Sequence record: OZ375201.1 | DNA: 32,000 bases | Direction: 5' to 3' (one strand) | Shown here: piece by piece, positions 27,124-32,000 of the stretch | Position numbering within the stretch: position 1 is the first letter of the stretch | Layout of the letters: each line of letters opens with the position of its first letter | Notes under the pieces: generated by a model | Told to the model about the DNA's origin: nothing | Databases searched by the model: none | Seen by the model: only the letters and a program-made list of their open reading frames with translations | Made by a program: the position numbers and the translations under genes

Positions 27124-28659
27124 ATGAGTTCAAAAGGTGGAGAATTTTCGAAACTTTTAGAGAAACGAATCTCTGAGTATTATACAGAACTGAAATTTGA
27201 AGAAGTTGGCCGTGTCCTTTCTGTTGGAGATGGTATTGCGCGTGTTTATGGACTAAAGAACATCCAAGCAGGAGAAATGGTTGAATTTTCTGCTGGTATC
27301 AAAGGTATGGCCCTTAACTTGGAGAACCAAGCTGTAGGTGTTGTTGTTTTTGGTAGTGATACACGTATCCTTGAAGGTGACCTAGTAAAAAGAACAGGAG
27401 CTATTGTTGACGTTGCAGTAGGTAAAGGTCTTCTAGGCCGTGTTGTTGATGCTTTAGGAAATCCTATCGATGGAAAAGGTGCTTTAAAGGACGTAACTCG
27501 TTCAAGAGTTGAAGTTAAAGCGCCAGGGATTATCGCTCGTCAATCTGTGTCTGAGCCTGTTCAAACAGGTTTAAAAGTGGTTGATAGCTTAGTTCCTATT
27601 GGTCGTGGTCAGCGTGAGCTTATCATTGGTGACCGCCAGACAGGTAAAACTGCTGTTGCTATTGATACAATCTTAAACCAAAAAGAAGCTTTTGATAAAG
27701 GAGACGATACTAAAAAGCTTTATTGTGTTTATGTTGCGATTGGTCAAAAGAGATCAACAGTTGCTCACTTAACTAAAAGTTTATCTGATGCAGGAGCTAT
27801 GGATTATTCTGTAATCGTTGCTGCTACAGCATCTGACCCTGCACCTCTTCAGTTCCTAGCACCATATGCAGGTTCAGCTATCGCAGAATATTTCCGTGAT
27901 AACGGTATGCATGCATTAATCATCTTTGATGATTTAAGTAAGCAAGCGACAGCTTATCGTCAAATGTCTCTTCTTCTACGTAGACCTCCAGGTCGTGAGG
28001 CTTACCCAGGAGATGTTTTCTATCTACACTCTCGTCTACTAGAGCGTGCAGCTAAGTTATCTGACGAAGAAGGTGCAGGTTCTCTTACCGCTCTTCCCGT
28101 TATTGAAACACAGGCGGGTGACGTTTCTGCGTATATCCCAACAAATGTGATTTCTATTACAGATGGACAGATCTTCCTAGAAACAGAGCTTTTCTATAAA
28201 GGAATTCGTCCGGCTCTTAACGTGGGTCTTTCTGTTAGTCGTGTTGGTTCTGCCGCTCAGGTAAAAGCTATGAAGCAGGTTGCGGGTACCCTTAAACTGA
28301 CTCTTGCTCAGTATCGTGAGGTTGCTGCTTTCGCACAGTTTGGTTCAGACCTTGATGCTGCAACACAATTCACTCTTAAACGTGGTGAAAGACTTACAGA
28401 GCTTCTGAAACAAGGCCAATTCTCTCCTCTTCCGTTCGAGGTTCAAGTTCTTGTTATTTATGCAGGAACCAAAGGTTATCTTGACCAAATGGACCCTAAA
28501 AACATTGCGGCGTACGAAGAAGGTCTAATTAAAGAAGCAGATTCAAAGCTTTTAAGCCGTATCCACGAAGAAAAAGCTCTATCTGATGATCTAATGGGTC
28601 TAGTTGATACTTATGTTAAAGACTATACTCAGAAGTTTGTAAGTAATCTTCAATCTTAA
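27124..28659 (+). CDS. atp1: ATP synthase F1 subunit alpha
   Basis: 511-aa ORF with Walker [19 protein letters not shown], plus [48 protein letters not shown]. Confidence 0.99.
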   Translation: MSSKGGEFSKLLEKRISEYYTELKFEEVGRVLSVGDGIARVYGLKNIQAGEMVEFSAGIKGMALNLENQAVGVVVFGSDTRILEGDLVKRTGAIVDVAVGKGLLGRVVDALGNPIDGKGALKDVTRSRVEVKAPGIIARQSVSEPVQTGLKVVDSLVPIGRGQRELIIGDRQTGKTAVAIDTILNQKEAFDKGDDTKKLYCVYVAIGQKRSTVAHLTKSLSDAGAMDYSVIVAATASDPAPLQFLAPYAGSAIAEYFRDNGMHALIIFDDLSKQATAYRQMSLLLRRPPGREAYPGDVFYLHSRLLERAAKLSDEEGAGSLTALPVIETQAGDVSAYIPTNVISITDGQIFLETELFYKGIRPALNVGLSVSRVGSAAQVKAMKQVAGTLKLTLAQYREVAAFAQFGSDLDAATQFTLKRGERLTELLKQGQFSPLPFEVQVLVIYAGTKGYLDQMDPKNIAAYEEGLIKEADSKLLSRIHEEKALSDDLMGLVDTYVKDYTQKFVSNLQS

Positions 28660-28704
28660 TAATTCCTTTATTTAGTTAAAGGATCATCGTCTTGTTGGTT
28701 GTAA

Positions 28705-28778
28705 GGGGAAGTAACTCAGCTGGTTAGAGTATTGGCCTGTCACGTCAAAAGCCGCGGGTTCGAGTCCCGTCTTCCCCG
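28705..28778 (+). tRNA. trnD(GUC): tRNA-Asp, anticodon GUC
   Basis: Acceptor GGGGAAG/CTTCCCC, anticodon arm TTGGC-CTGTCAC-GTCAA, T arm GCGGG-TTCGAGT-CCCGT. Confidence 0.9.
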
Positions 28779-28805
28779 TTTTTATATTATTATATTTCTG
28801 TTATT

Positions 28806-29159
28806 ATGTTTGAATATTTTCCTATTTCCATTTTTTTAATAATTAGTTTAGGACTCTCTTTTATTCTCGTTTGTATTCCTTTCATTGTTGCTCCTCAAAA
28901 AGCAGACCCCGAAAAAATTTCTGCTTATGAGTGCGGCTTTGATCCTTTCGATGATGCCAGAGGGAAGTTCGATATTCGATTTTATTTGGTTGCTATTCTT
29001 TTCATCATTTTTGATTTAGAAGTTAGCTTTTTATTTCCTTGGTCCGTTGTTCTAAATCAAATTAGCTTCTTTGGTTTTTGGACTATGATTGCATTTCTAC
29101 TTATACTTACTTTAGGTTTTGTTTATGAGTGGAAAAAAGGCGCTTTAGAGTGGGAATAA
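28806..29159 (+). CDS. nad3: NADH dehydrogenase subunit 3
   Basis: 117-aa ORF with the [39 protein letters not shown] motif. Confidence 0.97.
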   Translation: MFEYFPISIFLIISLGLSFILVCIPFIVAPQKADPEKISAYECGFDPFDDARGKFDIRFYLVAILFIIFDLEVSFLFPWSVVLNQISFFGFWTMIAFLLILTLGFVYEWKKGALEWE

Positions 29160-29177
29160 TTATACAATATATAACGG

Positions 29178-30875
29178 ATGGCTTCAGTGTTTAAAAATAG
29201 AAAAGATCTTAAAGAATCTTACCAATTTTTTAGGAACAATAAAAAGTTTACTAATAAAAAACTCTATAACTTTCTAAGAAAAGATGAAAGCTTTATCGGT
29301 AAAGAGTCTTATGAATCTTTAAAAAACGGAAACAAGTCGAGTAATAAAAATCTTTCTTACAAGTTCGATGAAAACTATAAGAAATTAAACCAAAAAGGAT
29401 TTAATCCTGGTTTTGATAGTTTGCATTCAACTGATAAGTATAAAAAGAAGGTTAAACCGACTTGGTCACGTAAATCTAATGATAAACTTGAATCTAGCAA
29501 AAAGAGTTCTCGCGTAAATAAAGGGTCTGATTTACCTTTTAAATTACGAAAACTTTACCCTTCTCTTTCATATTTAAGTACTCCTGTTTCTTATAAAAGT
29601 AAGCAGTTTATAAATAAAACAGGAAATGACAAATTAAGTTCTTTTTATTTATCCGAGAGTGCAATTCCTACAAAGAGCCGCACTATTAGGTTAAGAAAAG
29701 GTTTAAATCCGAAAAGTATCACTAATGTAGTAAAAACTCTAGTTGATTCAAAGAGTAGGCATTTGAAGCTTAAATCTGGGCAAATGGTAATAAATTCTTT
29801 TAGTCACGATAACCTTTCAGGTTTGAAAAATATAGAATCAAAAGCTATACTTTCGAGGATTAAGAAATTGAAGTTGAAAAAACTTGGTTTAGTTAAAGGA
29901 AAAGATATTGTATCAAAAGAAAGTGTTATCAAAAGGGAAAAATGGTTGAAATTTAAAGGTTGGCTTTCCTTATATGGTAAGTTAAAGAAAGGGATCCAAA
30001 CCTCTAAAGGATGGGCAAGAGAATGGGAAGAGAGACCAAAATCATGGTCAAGAAGAATAAGAAATTGGGAAAAAAATATAGGTAATATAGAAAGGTCTAA
30101 TAAAAAAAGAAGTTTTTTAAAAACCTTACGAGGTAATAAGAAAAATAAAAAATCTTTTATTCCTTTTTATTTAAGAAGAAAATTTTACCAAACTCCAAAA
30201 GATCCTATAAGTTGGGGCTATCACGAAAAGTGTTTTGGTGGGGGCTTGAAAACAAATAGGAAATATAATAAAGGATCTATATATCGTGCAAGGTATTGGA
30301 AGAACCTTAGGGAAGGAAGGCCAAATAAAAACCTTCAAGGTTTCGGAAAAGAAACAAATCGAAAGATATATAGAAAGCAGAAAACACTCAACGCAGAAGA
30401 ACTATTCTTGTTTCTAAGAAGACGTTCTCGTGTTTCTGTAAAAATGAAACGAAAGGGTAAGAATTATAATTACCACAAGTTAAAAAAAATAAGAAAAGAG
30501 AAGGCGTATCTGCGAAGGGGGATTCCAAAGAACCGTATAGGTATAGTTCACATAAATGCGGGTATTAAAAATACCATAATAAGTTTAAGTGATTTGCAAA
30601 AGAATGTAAAAACCTGGGTATCTAATGGATCTGTGGGCTTTAAAAGAAAGAAAAGAAAAAGCCCATACGCAAGTTATGTTGCCGGACAAACGATAGGTCA
30701 AAAAGCTTTAGAGTTGGGTTACCGTGGGGTAATTATTTATTTAAAGGGTGTAGGTAAAGGTCGACACAATAGTTGTCGGGGATTAGCAACAACAAGATTA
30801 CGAATCTTGCGATTAAAAGATCGAATACGTCTTCCGCACAATGGGTGCCGTTTACGAAAGAAGCGTCGAGTTTAA
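29178..30875 (+). CDS. rps11: ribosomal protein S11 with a ~420-aa Lys-rich N-terminal extension (conserved S11 domain only from ~30500; internal ATG at 30444)
   Basis: The C-terminal ~115 aa, GIVHINAGIKNTIISLSD...SPYASYVAGQTIGQKALELGY...GKGRHNSCRGL...LKDRIRLPHNGCRLRKKRRV, is a canonical S11. The upstream 1.27 kb stays open in the same frame despite A/T-rich sequence. Confidence 0.85.
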   Translation: MASVFKNRKDLKESYQFFRNNKKFTNKKLYNFLRKDESFIGKESYESLKNGNKSSNKNLSYKFDENYKKLNQKGFNPGFDSLHSTDKYKKKVKPTWSRKSNDKLESSKKSSRVNKGSDLPFKLRKLYPSLSYLSTPVSYKSKQFINKTGNDKLSSFYLSESAIPTKSRTIRLRKGLNPKSITNVVKTLVDSKSRHLKLKSGQMVINSFSHDNLSGLKNIESKAILSRIKKLKLKKLGLVKGKDIVSKESVIKREKWLKFKGWLSLYGKLKKGIQTSKGWAREWEERPKSWSRRIRNWEKNIGNIERSNKKRSFLKTLRGNKKNKKSFIPFYLRRKFYQTPKDPISWGYHEKCFGGGLKTNRKYNKGSIYRARYWKNLREGRPNKNLQGFGKETNRKIYRKQKTLNAEELFLFLRRRSRVSVKMKRKGKNYNYHKLKKIRKEKAYLRRGIPKNRIGIVHINAGIKNTIISLSDLQKNVKTWVSNGSVGFKRKKRKSPYASYVAGQTIGQKALELGYRGVIIYLKGVGKGRHNSCRGLATTRLRILRLKDRIRLPHNGCRLRKKRRV

Positions 30876-30912
30876 GCTTTAAAAGCTTTCTTCTAGAGAA
30901 AATAAAGAATAA

Positions 30913-32000
30913 ATGTATTTGTGTATTCTAGGTCTTCCTTTAATGGGATTTATAGGAGCTGCAGGCTTTGGTCGTTTCCTAGGAGGTAGAGGGGCAGGAG
31001 TCTTTACAACAAGTCTCCTGGGTCTATGCTTTTTATTCAGTTGCCTTTGTTTTTATGAAGTAGGTATATGCGGTAGTCCATGTACACTGAAAGTGAGCCC
31101 TTGGTTTTTAAGCGAATCTTGGGACGCTACATGGGGGCTTCTTTTTGATCCATTAACAGGCGTAATGTGTGTTGTTGTGACTTCTGTAAGTACACTAGTT
31201 CACCTATACTCTACATCTTATATGGGAGAAGATCCCCATTTACCTCGCTTTATGAGTTACCTTTCACTGTTCACTTTTTTCATGCTTATACTTATTACAG
31301 GAGATAATTTTCTCCAAATGTTTGTAGGGTGGGAAGGTGTAGGTCTTGCATCTTATCTTCTTATTAATTTTTGGTTTACCCGCTTACAAGCGAATAAATC
31401 AGCAATTAAAGCTATGTTAATGAACCGTGTAGGTGATTTAGGTCTAGGTCTTGGTATTTTTGCGTTATATACAGTTTTTCAGAGTGTTAACTTTGAAACT
31501 GTTTTTGCTTGTGCGCCACATTTAAGCGAAGAAAGACTTTTCTTCTTTGGTTATGATGTTCACGCTTATACTCTTATAGGAATCCTCCTATTTGTAGGTG
31601 CTACAGGAAAATCGGCTCAATTAGGACTTCATACTTGGCTTCCAGATGCTATGGAAGGACCTACTCCTGTTTCTGCTCTTATTCATGCCGCTACAATGGT
31701 TACCGCAGGGGTTTTCTTAATTGCAAGATGTTCTCCTATTTATGAATATGCTCCAGATGCTTTAGGTCTTATTGCTTTTGCAGGGGGAATGACAGCTTTT
31801 TTTGCTGCTACTACAGGTCTTGTTCAAAATGACCTTAAGAGAGTTATTGCTTACTCTACTTGTAGCCAGCTTGGGTATATGGTTTTCGCTTGTGGACTTT
31901 CGCATTATGATCTAGGTGTGTTCCATTTAGCGAACCATGCGTTCTTTAAAGCCCTTCTTTTCTTAGGTGCGGGTTCTGTTATCCATGCAATGGCTGGTGA
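30913..32000 (+). CDS. nad5: NADH dehydrogenase subunit 5, 3'-truncated by the window edge
   Basis: Absent from the ORF track because it runs off the window. The ATG at 30913 translates to [29 protein letters not shown]... and later [30 protein letters not shown] in the same frame. Confidence 0.95.
   Translation, partial: MYLCILGLPLMGFIGAAGFGRFLGGRGAGVFTTSLLGLCFLFSCLCFYEVGICGSPCTLKVSPWFLSESWDATWGLLFDPLTGVMCVVVTSVSTLVHLYSTSYMGEDPHLPRFMSYLSLFTFFMLILITGDNFLQMFVGWEGVGLASYLLINFWFTRLQANKSAIKAMLMNRVGDLGLGLGIFALYTVFQSVNFETVFACAPHLSEERLFFFGYDVHAYTLIGILLFVGATGKSAQLGLHTWLPDAMEGPTPVSALIHAATMVTAGVFLIARCSPIYEYAPDALGLIAFAGGMTAFFAATTGLVQNDLKRVIAYSTCSQLGYMVFACGLSHYDLGVFHLANHAFFKALLFLGAGSVIHAMAG

Overview
This window is gene-dense, AT-rich mitochondrial DNA of the gene-rich, bacterial-like type. 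It is not a prokaryotic accessory region. I can support 31 standard protein genes (cox1-3, cob, atp1/4/6/8/9, nad1/3/4L/5/7/9/10, tatC, rpl5/14/16, rps2/3/4/7/8/10/11/12/13/14/19). I can also support both rRNAs (rrnS, and rrnL split by one group I intron carrying a LAGLIDADG ORF) and 24 hand-folded tRNAs. Nearly everything is on the + strand. The exceptions are trnG(UCC), trnY and a small trnF-nad10-trnH block. The genetic code looks standard: TGA ends rpl16, tatC and rps2, and trnW has anticodon CCA. From memory, Cox1, Cob and trnI(CAU) look very close to green-plant-lineage (Viridiplantae) mitochondrial sequences. Mitochondrial nad10 plus tatC recalls ancestral-type green algal mtDNAs such as Nephroselmis, but I cannot confirm a species without a search. 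I found no defence system, CRISPR array, transposon or novel multi-gene cassette, and say so plainly. Eight things stand out. (1) A 1.34-kb gene-free region (9799-11135) holds two G9 tracts, nested palindromes and a 52-bp tandem duplication, and is a candidate control region. (2) A conserved ~26-nt motif (CTGGTGTGCACCCTTATAAGGAAA) recurs four times, always upstream of and co-oriented with a tRNA that heads a gene block. (3) nad10 is retained in the mitochondrion, on the opposite strand. (4) Three CDS 3' ends overlap the downstream tRNA. (5) rps11 carries a ~420-aa Lys-rich N-terminal extension. (6) The rrnL intron's ribozyme core seems to overlap the 5' part of the tracked ORF. (7) trnI(GAU) has atypical features. 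(8) The ribosomal-protein cluster is rearranged. All rRNA ends and intron structure calls are approximate and hand-derived.
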